From: an uncultured Lentisphaerota bacterium | GTDB taxonomy: Bacteria; Verrucomicrobiota; Lentisphaeria; Oligosphaerales; CAJXKU01 | NCBI GenBank assembly: GCA_913055945.1 | Contig: CAJXKU010000001.1 | Span: 1-42,760 of the forward strand | Direction: 5' to 3' | Length of the DNA stretch: 42,760 nucleotides | In this document: positions 30,201 to 39,816 of the stretch, in pieces | Numbering within the stretch: position 1 is the stretch's first letter | Layout: the number at the start of each line of letters is the position of its first letter | Made by a program: the position numbers and the translations under genes | Notes under the pieces: model-generated | The model's input: the letters and a program-made list of their open reading frames with translations, nothing else | Databases searched by the model: none | What the model was told of the DNA's origin: nothing

Positions 30201-31033
30201 GTACAGGAGGGAAAAGACAGGTTGTCGCGCAGCTCAACGAGCTCGGCATTCGGCCCAGCAAAAAGTTGGGCCAGAGTTTTCTCATTGACCCCAATCTCAT
30301 AGAGAAAATGGTTCGAACGGCCGGGGCAGGCGGTTGGTATCCGATCGTGGAGATTGGGCCGGGGCTCGGAGACTTAAGCTGTGCGCTTCTTAACACGGGG
30401 GCGGAAGTTACCGGTGTGGAACTGGATAGAAGGCTTTGTGAGTACTTGCGGGAAATTTCTGAACGAGAGCCCCGCTTCCATCTGATTGAGGGAGATGCGT
30501 GTCGGGTTGATTACGACCGGATAATGGGTGAACAGCTCTATCGGACGGTCAGCAGCCTGCCGTATTCGGCCAGTACACCGATCATCGGACGCTTTCTTGA
30601 AATCCGTAACTGTCCTGAGCAGATGGTGGTGCTGCTGCAGCGTGAAGTGGGAGAAAGATTGTGTGCCTCCCCGAAGGACAACAAGACGTACGGAAGTCTG
30701 AGTGTACGCGCTCAGCATGCGTACCACGTACAGATTGAGAGCTATGCTCCTCCGGACGTCTTTTATCCTTCTCCGCAGGTGCATTCTGCGTTGGTGCGAA
30801 TGACCGCAAAGAGCCCGTTTCCCTCGCAGGAAGAGCGTCTCGCACTTCGAAAAGTATGTGAAGTCGGATTCCGTCACCGTCGGAAAAAATTGCGAAGTGC
30901 GTTAATTCAGGAATATGGAGAACGTCGCACAACGGACGTTTTTACGCGACTGAATCTGGCCGAGGACCTTCGGCCAGAGGCTTTGACGCCCGACACGTTC
31001 CGGGCATTGGCACTGGCGTTACATGAAGACTGA
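30197..31033 (+). CDS. rsmA: 16S rRNA m6,2A dimethyltransferase
   Basis: KKLGQSFL, EIGPGLG, ELDRRL, SLPYS, QREVGER, YGSLSV, FRHRRK. Confidence 0.95.
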   Translation: MSTGGKRQVVAQLNELGIRPSKKLGQSFLIDPNLIEKMVRTAGAGGWYPIVEIGPGLGDLSCALLNTGAEVTGVELDRRLCEYLREISEREPRFHLIEGDACRVDYDRIMGEQLYRTVSSLPYSASTPIIGRFLEIRNCPEQMVVLLQREVGERLCASPKDNKTYGSLSVRAQHAYHVQIESYAPPDVFYPSPQVHSALVRMTAKSPFPSQEERLALRKVCEVGFRHRRKKLRSALIQEYGERRTTDVFTRLNLAEDLRPEALTPDTFRALALALHED

Positions 31034-31721
31034 AGGTCGGGGTTTGCACATTTTGACGCTGAATGAAACTGTTGAAGGAGGAACGACGATGCCCAGTAGA
31101 CCTGAAGAAACCGCAGCGGCCGCCGCACCTGTACTTGCTCTTGACATCGGGAATGTATGTGTGCAACTTGACAGTACGGAGTGTGCGCGGCGTTTGGGGT
31201 ACAGTTCACTTGATGAACTGATCGGTGTTATGCCCGTGGTGCGTACTTATGCCCGCTCCCTGGAAACGGGATATCTTGCGGACGCCGTGTTCTTTTCGCT
31301 GCTCGCGCGAACCCTCCCCGAGGCGTGGTCAGCGGCTGAAGTTATCCCGTGGTGGTGCAGTATTATACAAGCGGAGATACCGGGTATGGCAGAGGTTGTG
31401 GATGCAGCCGTGGCTCGGGGGCTGAAACCCGCCTTTTTCTCGGATATATCCGTCACTCATTTGGCGTACACCCGCGGATTGCTTTCCTTTGAATCTAGGG
31501 TGCCGGATGCGGTGTGCAGTTTCGAGGTAGGTGCCTCTAAGCCGGATCCTCGAATGTACGCCGCCTTCGAAGAACAACTATGTGGCGGAAGCACGCCTGC
31601 TCTGTTCGTGGACGACAAACCGGAAAATGTACAGCAGGCGCAGAAGCGAGGTTGGCCCGCTGTCGTTTTCACTTCGCCGGAGGCGCTGATGGAAGAGGTG
31701 AAAAACGCTGGCTCACGCTAG
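31023..31721 (+). CDS. HAD-superfamily hydrolase (YihX-like)
   Basis: LDIGNV, SKPDPRMY, FVDDKPENV motifs. Confidence 0.88.
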   Translation: MKTEGRGLHILTLNETVEGGTTMPSRPEETAAAAAPVLALDIGNVCVQLDSTECARRLGYSSLDELIGVMPVVRTYARSLETGYLADAVFFSLLARTLPEAWSAAEVIPWWCSIIQAEIPGMAEVVDAAVARGLKPAFFSDISVTHLAYTRGLLSFESRVPDAVCSFEVGASKPDPRMYAAFEEQLCGGSTPALFVDDKPENVQQAQKRGWPAVVFTSPEALMEEVKNAGSR

Positions 31722-31796
31722 ATTTTGCAGTTCATTTTGTGGTGGCAGAGGCAGCGGGTTTGTGAGGGACACGGGGACCGACTGTCCGTATGAGAG

Positions 31797-31840
31797 AACT
31801 GCGTTCAGCCTGTCAAACTGCGTTCAGGAATTGCATTCAG
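31797..31840. repeat. Three short direct repeats
   Basis: AACTGCGTTCAG (31797), AACTGCGTTCAG (31816), AATTGCATTCAG (31829). Confidence 0.6.
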
Positions 31841-32060
31841 CATGTCTGCCGAACCTCATACCGGCGCGGCCACCAACGAAAGCGTAGGATGTACCCAATA
31901 AGAAACTAAGCGCGGTATTGACGGTAAATAATCGCCCCACGCAGTGGTCTCATACCGGGGTGTCAGCGTGACTTGGCCCCCGGCGTGTTGGCTGGTATGG
32001 CGCTCTGCGGGGCATTGTCGGTGTCACCTCAGCGCTGAGATGCGCCATGCGCGTCCTGGA

Positions 32061-34640
32061 TCACTCCTCGATCAGTTCGTAGACGTTGACCGACTCCGGC
32101 TTGAACGCGGTATTCTCTGACTGTCCGTAGCTACGTGGTGAAGGATCGTCGGAAGTGAGTTCGCGCACCTTCTGCCCCTCGGCCCACGGGATGGGGGCTT
32201 TTACCGCCTTTTCCTCAGAGAAGTTCGTCACGGCAACGAACTCGCGGCCATCGGCGGTGCCGTGGCGTACCTCCAGTTTCGGGACGGGAAGGTAGGCGGG
32301 AGCATTGCCGGTCACCCGGCCCCACCAGTAAAAAGGCGCTTGGTGGACGGTGGTGTAGGGCGCATCGAGCCCTTCAGCCGGGTCGATCGCCTGATCGAGC
32401 TGCTGCCAGTTCGGGATTTCCGTTGCCCTACGCCGTAATTCTGCGAGTTGATCCGCAGGTAGCTTTTCGCCGTATTCGTTCGTTTCAGGTACGCCGCCCA
32501 CCGCTATAACGTCGCGAGTGGCCGGCAGTTCATTGATCCGCTTGAGCGTGTCGGCCGTGAGCCAGGGTGCCGCCACAATCAGCGTGTCCGTAACGTGTTC
32601 AGCGGAAACGTCCTCGTTCAATACGTATTTCCAGGGTTTGCCCAGTGCGCCGACGTATCCGTAGGCCTGGATGGCTCCACCGATTTCGGGCCGGACATCG
32701 CTTCGCGGGATCTGGTTCCAGCCTCGGTTGCCTTCAGTGATCATAACGGCGATACCGGCGTCCACGCGAGCTTCATACAAGGCGCGGAAGGCGTCTTCGT
32801 GCGTGCGGAGCCAGTGGCGGGCTTTTGTCGCGGTTGCCTTATGGTATTCGCGCGTGCCCTCTCTGCCCATCGGCGCCTCCTCTGTCTTGACCGTTGTGGT
32901 TTCCCGGCTGTAGGAAGTGCTTTTGAAGAGGCCCTGCAGGAAGGTGTGCAAGAGGTGAAACTGGACTTCCGATGGCGTCGAGCTGCCGTGGTTGTAAAGA
33001 TGGTGCTCGCTGTTCCAGACCGGCTTGCTTTGCGCGATCTGCTGGCTATCGACCATGAGCTGACTGAAGCTGGGCGGTACTTTGCAGACCGGGTGGTCGA
33101 AGCTCGCCCCGTTGAATTCGGGGACCTCGCGAAAGAGATAGGGGTTGGCGCGGGTCTTGGTGGTGTAGATGACCCCCGGAACCTGCTCACCTTCCCGCGG
33201 GGTGAGCAGTGGCTGGAGGTCCTTTGCACGGTTCTTGAAATCGGTTTTCCACATGGTTTCGTGACCTTTTTGCGGCTCTTCGAGTGCCTTGTATCGGCGA
33301 CCCCAGACGGTGCGGATGAAGCGCTTGAAGTCGAGCAAGGCGGGGAACTTCGCGTAGGCGTGGTAGCGGAGCGGTTCGTGAAACAGCGTGTACAGAAAGC
33401 TCAACCGTTCGTTGCCGCCGAGGAGGTTGTACTCGAATCCCGACTCTTTCATCATCCGCTCGACCCAGTCAAGCGGAAGTTCGGGCAACCCGATGCTGTC
33501 GATCGAGGTGTAGGAGGTGTCCCAGCGTTCATTGATCGTCTCAACGTCGCCGTGTTTCTCCCTGAGCCAGTCCCGGAATTGCTCGATGGCGATCTGAAGT
33601 TCTTCCTTCGCCTCCTTATCAACCTCTCCGAGGCCATCAATGTGTGGTTGCCCTTCCACTTCCTCGAGTTGCGCCTGCGGCAGGGCGTAGTAGCTTTTAT
33701 AAAGGGGGATGAGAATGCGGGGCGGGTGGTCTTCGTTCTCGGCGTACATCCCTCGGGCCGCCGGATAGTTGCGCGCTTTCCGGAATGTGGCGATGAGAGG
33801 ATGTTCATCGAGATCCAGGTCCGGCGTGTTGCGACCTGCATAGTCTTCCCGGGAACCGAGAGGGGGCAACTGCCCCATCACGATGCCGCGTTCCTCGCAG
33901 AAACGAAGGAATGGTTCCGTGGAATAAGTGCCCATCGCGAGGTTGTAGCCCTCCATCCATATTTTTTTGATTTCGCCGAGGGCGGTACTCGAGTAACGCC
34001 TGTTGCCCATGTGCGTGGTGCCGGTCCACAGCTGGGGAAACGGGCCTTTCCAGGGTGGGCGTTGATTGTGGTAATCCGAGGGCTGAAATTCGGTGACGTC
34101 GGCGTCCGGCGGGTGGAAGAGAAAGAGATCGTGGCGATGCGACTCATCCTCGGGATTGGCTGCGAGAAACTCCCCTCCGGGCCCCTCCATGTAATCCAGA
34201 AATGCCTTGACGGCGGGGGAAGGCTTCTCGGCATGGTGGAGGACACCGTACTCGATAGCGCCGACAGGTTCGCCACCCCGCGTTGCTTCCTGCAGCGCCA
34301 GAGGCACGTACTTAAGCTTCTGCCGGTCTTCCTCGGTCGCCCGATAGTTCCAGTCCACTTTTGTGGTCAACAGCAAGTCGGCACCTTTGCCGGCATCCGG
34401 ATCTTTGACTCTGTGCATCAGCGAGGGCCAATCGCGCCAGGCGGCATTCGGCTGAAAGGTTCGTGCATCGTGGCCGGTTTCGTTCGAATACGCTTCCAGG
34501 AGCTCATTCATCAAGCGGTGTTGTTGGGCTTTCGGGGCAATCACAACCAGTTCGTCCACCTCGGCGCCATGGGCGCCGGATAAACCGATTGTGGTCGTCA
34601 GTACTGCCGCGGTGCAAAAGCTGAGAATCGTCCGATACAT
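32061..34640 (-). CDS. Secreted GH42-like (clan GH-A) protein, paralog 1, with N-terminal PBP-like module
   Basis: Signal peptide ending AHG-A; ENED putative acid/base; FRDWLREKHG...INERWDTSY GH42-like motif; PVWNSE putative nucleophile; AAGGAG SD. Confidence 0.8.
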   Translation of the reverse strand: MYRTILSFCTAAVLTTTIGLSGAHGAEVDELVVIAPKAQQHRLMNELLEAYSNETGHDARTFQPNAAWRDWPSLMHRVKDPDAGKGADLLLTTKVDWNYRATEEDRQKLKYVPLALQEATRGGEPVGAIEYGVLHHAEKPSPAVKAFLDYMEGPGGEFLAANPEDESHRHDLFLFHPPDADVTEFQPSDYHNQRPPWKGPFPQLWTGTTHMGNRRYSSTALGEIKKIWMEGYNLAMGTYSTEPFLRFCEERGIVMGQLPPLGSREDYAGRNTPDLDLDEHPLIATFRKARNYPAARGMYAENEDHPPRILIPLYKSYYALPQAQLEEVEGQPHIDGLGEVDKEAKEELQIAIEQFRDWLREKHGDVETINERWDTSYTSIDSIGLPELPLDWVERMMKESGFEYNLLGGNERLSFLYTLFHEPLRYHAYAKFPALLDFKRFIRTVWGRRYKALEEPQKGHETMWKTDFKNRAKDLQPLLTPREGEQVPGVIYTTKTRANPYLFREVPEFNGASFDHPVCKVPPSFSQLMVDSQQIAQSKPVWNSEHHLYNHGSSTPSEVQFHLLHTFLQGLFKSTSYSRETTTVKTEEAPMGREGTREYHKATATKARHWLRTHEDAFRALYEARVDAGIAVMITEGNRGWNQIPRSDVRPEIGGAIQAYGYVGALGKPWKYVLNEDVSAEHVTDTLIVAAPWLTADTLKRINELPATRDVIAVGGVPETNEYGEKLPADQLAELRRRATEIPNWQQLDQAIDPAEGLDAPYTTVHQAPFYWWGRVTGNAPAYLPVPKLEVRHGTADGREFVAVTNFSEEKAVKAPIPWAEGQKVRELTSDDPSPRSYGQSENTAFKPESVNVYELIEE

Positions 34641-35177
34641 CACACTTTCTCCTTTTCTGATAATTGACAGATTCAAAAAAATCCTGTCGAAACCATTTCA
34701 GCACCAATGTAATAGGACAGCATTTATATGCAAGTCAATCACGAACTCTTATTATCCGAGCGGGTGTGGCAAAGACCAGTTCAGACATGTCGCAGCACAT
34801 GTCTACGAAGCAGCGTTATTCATCGGGGGAAAAGGGTATAGCCGTTGTTAAAATGCCGTGGCGGTTCAAGTGCTACGCACAAAGACATGAACGTTCCCAA
34901 CAGAATCCGTCGAGATATTATATTGTGCACAGCCACCACCGGAGTATAGGGTGGGGAGGCGGTTTAAATGAAGTAGGATCGCAGTGGACGTAGTTGATAC
35001 GAAAAGTGCATTTACGGGCAATTCCTCCCCCCGACCTTCAATGGATAGAGGAAGGGTCCCCGGCTTTTTCTCGGTGGGCTGAGGGAGGAGACGATTGCCG
35101 TATCAGCGGGCGAATATGGTACAAGGTTCGCCTATTATAATACAGACGAAACAGCCTATGAGAAAGGGAAGGCAAAA

Positions 35178-36530
35178 ATGCAGCAGCCGAAAAGATATTC
35201 TATTGTCGGAGTTGGTGGTCGCAGCGGTATGTGGCGCGACGCCGCGGCTTTCGAATTCAGCTCTACCAGTACCTTAGTGGGCATCTGTGACTCTAACGCC
35301 GGTCGTGTTCGACGTGCACAGGAAGAACTCTCCGAAAACGAAAACCTGGACGTACCAGGATATGCTGCGGAAGATTTCGATAAGATGGTCGAGGAAACAA
35401 AGCCGAATGTTATCATCGTAACAACACCGGACCACCTTCATGATTACTATATATGCCGCTCTCTTGAATTAGACTGTGATGTGGTTACGGAAAAACCTAT
35501 GACCACGGATGAAGATAAGTGTCAGCGGATACTCGATGCAAAGCAGCGCACTGGGCGGAATATAACCGTGTCGTTTAATTACCGGTTTGCGCCGCCGCGG
35601 ACCCAAGTGAAAGACCTGCTTATGTCCGGTGTGATCGGCGACGTGCACTCTGTTGATTTCCATTGGAACCTTGATGTACACCACGGTGCTGATTATTTCC
35701 GCCGCTGGCATCGACGCAAAGAGAACTCCGGCGGGCTGCTCGTACATAAGGCGACGCATCACTTTGATCTGGTGAATTGGTGGTTGTCCTCTGTGCCGAC
35801 AAAGGTCTATGCTACGGGGCACAGGCATTTTTATACCCCTGCCACCGCGGAACGATACGGTTTAAAATCGAGGACGGACCGTTGCCATACGTGTCCGGAA
35901 GCTCCCAACTGTCCTTTTGTTATGGATTTAGAGGGTAATGAGAAACTGAAAAAACTTTACCTGGATAACGAAGGCTATGATGGTTATTTCCGGGATGGTT
36001 GCGTATTCAGTCCGGATATTGACATCGAAGACTCGATGTATGTAACGGCGGACTACAGGAACGGTGTGAAGCTTTCCTATTCACTGAATGCGTTTCTCCC
36101 CTGGGAAGGATACATGGTGGCATTTAATGGCTCCAAAGGGCGGTTAGAGCATCAATGTCAAGAAAGCGTTTACATTAATGCAGACGGTTCTGTGCCCGGC
36201 GCATTGGAAGAAAAAGGGACCTGGCTGCATATTTATCCTCATTGGCAACCTGCCTATGGCGTAGATCTGTGGAGAGGACAAGGGGGGCATGGGGGAGCCG
36301 ACCCGATTATGCTTCGCTACATCTTTGATCCCGACAACCAGCCTGCGGACAAATACATGCGTACGGCGGACGAGCGTGCAGGGGCATGGTCCGTGTTAAC
36401 CGGCGTTGCCGCGAATCACGCTATTGAGAACGGCCGACCTTTCGAAATAGATGAACTCGTGGACGGACTCTCCATGCCTGAGTATCCGCCGATGCCGGGT
36501 GCCGAAGAGCCGTTACCGACGAGAAAATAA
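35178..36530 (+). CDS. Gfo/Idh/MocA family oxidoreductase
   Basis: IVGVGGR, TPDHLH, EKPM, FNYRF, HGADYFRRWH, HKATHHFD, GHGGAD. Confidence 0.95.
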   Translation: MQQPKRYSIVGVGGRSGMWRDAAAFEFSSTSTLVGICDSNAGRVRRAQEELSENENLDVPGYAAEDFDKMVEETKPNVIIVTTPDHLHDYYICRSLELDCDVVTEKPMTTDEDKCQRILDAKQRTGRNITVSFNYRFAPPRTQVKDLLMSGVIGDVHSVDFHWNLDVHHGADYFRRWHRRKENSGGLLVHKATHHFDLVNWWLSSVPTKVYATGHRHFYTPATAERYGLKSRTDRCHTCPEAPNCPFVMDLEGNEKLKKLYLDNEGYDGYFRDGCVFSPDIDIEDSMYVTADYRNGVKLSYSLNAFLPWEGYMVAFNGSKGRLEHQCQESVYINADGSVPGALEEKGTWLHIYPHWQPAYGVDLWRGQGGHGGADPIMLRYIFDPDNQPADKYMRTADERAGAWSVLTGVAANHAIENGRPFEIDELVDGLSMPEYPPMPGAEEPLPTRK

Positions 36531-36705
36531 ACGAAAACGGGTATGGATCAAACGCTTGGCGTCTGCCGAAATGACGCTTTCTGCTACTGTGGAAAAATCA
36601 CCTTCGGAGGGGGAAGGCACCGTAGGTGGCCGAATGCGAAAAAGCGTTTTCTAAACACATCCCGGACGTGCGCCGAAACTCGATAGCCGGAAAACAGGAA
36701 GCAGC

Positions 36706-36734
36706 TTGACGAACACCCGTAGGAAGTGTAAATT
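36706..36734 (+). promoter_or_regulatory. Sigma70-type promoter for paralog 2
   Basis: TTGACG-N17-TAAATT about 75 nt upstream of ATG 36811. Confidence 0.55.
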
Positions 36735-36810
36735 GGCTCAACTGTTCTGGCAGGTAGCATTGCTTTTCCCTTTAAGCCATATGCGATAAAACCAAAAAAG
36801 GAGTATAGAG

Positions 36811-39800
36811 ATGAGCAAACGGGGACAAACCACGGCAGTCATGTTGGCGAGTATGTTTTTTACGATTGTGGGCGTGCAGGGGGAAACCATAACGTTGAAC
36901 CGGGGGATCGAGGATGTTGAGATTTCTGCAGAACTCAAGGATGGGGAGCCGAAGTCTGACGGCGAAACGGCCGGCGAAAACAACGAAGGCGCCGGGAGAA
37001 TGGTTTTGGGCGACAGAAAAGGGAAAAAGCGCGGCTTTATCCTGATGCGGCTGGACTTGACCAACATCAAACGTCTGGATCCGGAAAACATATCCGATGT
37101 CCAACTTGTGATGGATTATAATTATCCGGAAGGAAACCCTGAACTGGCGCTTTACAGGATCAGTGATCAGGATGCCGACTGGAACGTTGACCAGGCGACC
37201 TGGCGACAGAAAAGAAAAGGACAGACGTGGACCGGCGGTCCGGGTGGCGGAGAGCCCGGGGAAGGCACGATTTCCGCTGAACCGATGGCCACATATAAGA
37301 AAAGCGAAGGCGAAAGTAAGGCCGTCTTTGATATTCCCGCAGAGGTGATTCGGGAGTGGGTGAAAGAAACACCGGTTCTGGGGAAGAATCCCGGAATGAT
37401 GATAAGAACTGTCGAAGACCGCTCGATGTTCGTGAGTTCTTCGGACGGCCGCAGTCATCATCCGATACTCAACATGGAGGCCGATTTTGAGGCCGACAGG
37501 TTGTTTTTTGAAGCGATCGAAGCAAACGTGAAAATCAGAGGAAGCGGAAAGCTTGGCGAGTGGTTGCTGGAGGATGCCCTCGATATTCGTTATTCTAGGG
37601 GGTATGCGCCGATGAAGTTTAATCCCGCTTTGCGTGTGACGCCTCCCTCCGAGCTGCACAACCGCTGGAACCGAATGCACAATGCCTGCGAGCAGGTGAT
37701 CCAGGGCGACGAGGGGCTGATGCTCGTGTCTCGTCTGGACTGGGAGTGGAGAGTTGATGACAAATACAAGAAGCAGTTGGAATATGTGCCGTTCGCGCGC
37801 CAGCAGGTCACCCGAATGGGAGAAGTCGTAGGCGGGGTCGAATATGGCTTGGCTAAAAAGCCTGACGTATGGATTCCGCAGGTGGAGGCTTTTCTGTATT
37901 TTGTCCGTTCCGAAGACGCGCAGGATAAGCTGGCAGAGGACGACCCCTACGGCTTTGTCCCCGTCGATACGGAGATCCCGGAGTTCGAGCCGCCGGAGGA
38001 GTGGAACCTTTCTCCGCGAGAGGGTCCGGATCCGATGATGGTGCACGGCATGGACCTGCACGGTGGGGCCTTCCACACCACCCGGATAGCGGAGATGCAG
38101 AAGATCCGCATGCTGGGCTTCAATTCCATCATGTTCGGTGGTCAGACCGAGGAAGAAATGGAATGGGCCGACCAGAACAATATGCTGATCTCCGGCAGCC
38201 CGAATCTGACGGAGGAAGATCGGGAGGAAGGCCTGTCCGACCGTGCCGCTGCGGCGAAGAAAATGGCGCAGTATGATTGCTGCTGGGGCACTTATCTGGT
38301 CAACGAGGATTCGGCAGGCGGATGGGTGGTGTCTCTCTATAATTCGTACGTTGACGGTGAAGACTGGGGACACGGAGGCGATAAGTTTCCGGAACGAGTA
38401 AAGGATTTCCAGCAGGTCGCTGAAGGCGGTTTTGCCCGCTGGGCGAAAAAGAAGCACGGCAGCTTGGAGAAGCTTAACAGCCGCTGGAACACCGACTACG
38501 AAAGCTGGGATGAAATCGATGTCCCTCCGGCGCGGCTGAGTGAAATGAAAAAGGTCTACGGGGTCGAGAACAGGGACTACCAGTATAGACTTCGCTTTGG
38601 CATCCGCGGAAGACGGTACGCAATGGCGGAGTATCCGGACCTGCTGGATTTTTTCCGGTATACCAACCGGGTATGGGCAAGCTGGTACGATGAACAGATC
38701 AAAGAAATGAGACCCTACCTGGGCGAGAATTTCCACTACACCACAAAGGCAAAGCCCGAACCTTTCATGCTGCGGGCTTCCGAGCAGTTCAACGGTGCCA
38801 GCCACGATCATGGCCCCGGGAAACATGCCGCGGTGGAGAACCAGATTTTTATCGACACTGTGCAGATCGCCAAAGGCTGGCCGGTCTGGAACAGCGAAGA
38901 CCACAGGTATCATGGGTTTGCTACACCGAGGCGCGTCAGGTACGACATGTTCAGTAATTACCTGATGGGGCAATTCCAGGATACGGCCTATGCGTGGGTG
39001 GAGGCTCCCCGTAACCGTACGACAAAGGGGGATGGCCAGATGCTCGCCGAGGATTCACGCATCAGAAGCCAGATCCGCCGGTATGAAGACATTTTCCGCG
39101 CGCTCCTTGAGGCACGCGGCGACGCTGATCTTGCGGTCCTTGCCAACGAACAGAACAGGGCGTGGGATGAGTATCATCCCCGGCCGGAGGAATCGTATCT
39201 GGGCGGCGCCATTAAGGCGTTTGCGTATATGGGGGCGTTGGGTCGTCACTGGAAATATGTACTCAGCCACGACGTTTCCCCCGAACACGTGACGGGCAAA
39301 CTGATTATTGATGCCCGCTGGCTTACGAATGAGACGCTTCAGAAAATAGCAGACCTCCCCGCGGACCGCGAACTCGTGGTGGTGGGGGATATGCCGGAGA
39401 AGAACGAGTATGGGGAACCGCTTCCTGAAGACGAGTTGCAGCAAGTGAAAGACCGTGCGGAAAAAGTGGCCGCGTGGGAGAATCTCACCGAAGCAGTGCC
39501 GGCGGCGGACGGTCTGATGGATCCCTACACCCGGATATCGGAGGCCAAATGGTGGGTATGGAATCGCTTCCGCGGTCGGGAAGCGTGGTTCCATATGCTG
39601 CCGGTGGCGCGGCTTGAAGTCCGGCGGGTCAAACACGATGGAAACCTCTATCTGGCGGTGATGAACCATCGGGACCGCGCGATTACGGCGCCCATTCCGT
39701 GGGCGGAGGGCAAGGAAGTGAAGGAACTGATCGGCAAGAATCCCGGCGAAATCGTGGAAGATCCCGATAACTACCGCTTTAAACGGGAAGGCGTGGCCTT

Positions 39801-39816
39801 GTTCGAAATCCGTTGA
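36811..39816 (+). CDS. Secreted GH42-like protein, paralog 2 (DNRLRE-like + PBP-like + GH-A catalytic + C-terminal domains)
   Basis: Signal peptide; W..DQATW..W.GG, VREW..NPG pattern; VNED; FARWAKKKHG.LEKLNSRWNTDY; PVWNSE; clear similarity to paralog 1; AAGGAG SD. Confidence 0.85.
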   Translation: MSKRGQTTAVMLASMFFTIVGVQGETITLNRGIEDVEISAELKDGEPKSDGETAGENNEGAGRMVLGDRKGKKRGFILMRLDLTNIKRLDPENISDVQLVMDYNYPEGNPELALYRISDQDADWNVDQATWRQKRKGQTWTGGPGGGEPGEGTISAEPMATYKKSEGESKAVFDIPAEVIREWVKETPVLGKNPGMMIRTVEDRSMFVSSSDGRSHHPILNMEADFEADRLFFEAIEANVKIRGSGKLGEWLLEDALDIRYSRGYAPMKFNPALRVTPPSELHNRWNRMHNACEQVIQGDEGLMLVSRLDWEWRVDDKYKKQLEYVPFARQQVTRMGEVVGGVEYGLAKKPDVWIPQVEAFLYFVRSEDAQDKLAEDDPYGFVPVDTEIPEFEPPEEWNLSPREGPDPMMVHGMDLHGGAFHTTRIAEMQKIRMLGFNSIMFGGQTEEEMEWADQNNMLISGSPNLTEEDREEGLSDRAAAAKKMAQYDCCWGTYLVNEDSAGGWVVSLYNSYVDGEDWGHGGDKFPERVKDFQQVAEGGFARWAKKKHGSLEKLNSRWNTDYESWDEIDVPPARLSEMKKVYGVENRDYQYRLRFGIRGRRYAMAEYPDLLDFFRYTNRVWASWYDEQIKEMRPYLGENFHYTTKAKPEPFMLRASEQFNGASHDHGPGKHAAVENQIFIDTVQIAKGWPVWNSEDHRYHGFATPRRVRYDMFSNYLMGQFQDTAYAWVEAPRNRTTKGDGQMLAEDSRIRSQIRRYEDIFRALLEARGDADLAVLANEQNRAWDEYHPRPEESYLGGAIKAFAYMGALGRHWKYVLSHDVSPEHVTGKLIIDARWLTNETLQKIADLPADRELVVVGDMPEKNEYGEPLPEDELQQVKDRAEKVAAWENLTEAVPAADGLMDPYTRISEAKWWVWNRFRGREAWFHMLPVARLEVRRVKHDGNLYLAVMNHRDRAITAPIPWAEGKEVKELIGKNPGEIVEDPDNYRFKREGVALFEIR

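Noticed and set aside
31797..31840. Short repeats as a CRISPR remnant
   Set aside because: 12-bp units with 1-7 bp gaps; no spacers and no cas genes
31773..31875. GGGG...CCACCA suggesting a tRNA or tmRNA
   Set aside because: No T-arm (GTTCRA) or cloverleaf, and far too short for tmRNA
32595..34583. 662-aa plus-strand ORF
   Set aside because: Antisense shadow of paralog 1 caused by codon bias; no motifs and atypical composition
36686..36705. CCGGAAAACAGGAAGCAGC resembling the SRP RNA domain IV motif
   Set aside because: The tetraloop stem and the 5' CAGG partner are missing, and there is no long enclosing helix
36748..36764. TGGCAGGTAGCATTGCT as a sigma-54 promoter
   Set aside because: GG-to-GC spacing is 11 nt rather than the strict 10, and a good sigma70 promoter lies just upstream
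36772..38973. 733-aa minus-strand ORF
   Set aside because: Antisense shadow of paralog 2; the plus strand has an SD, a signal peptide and paralog support
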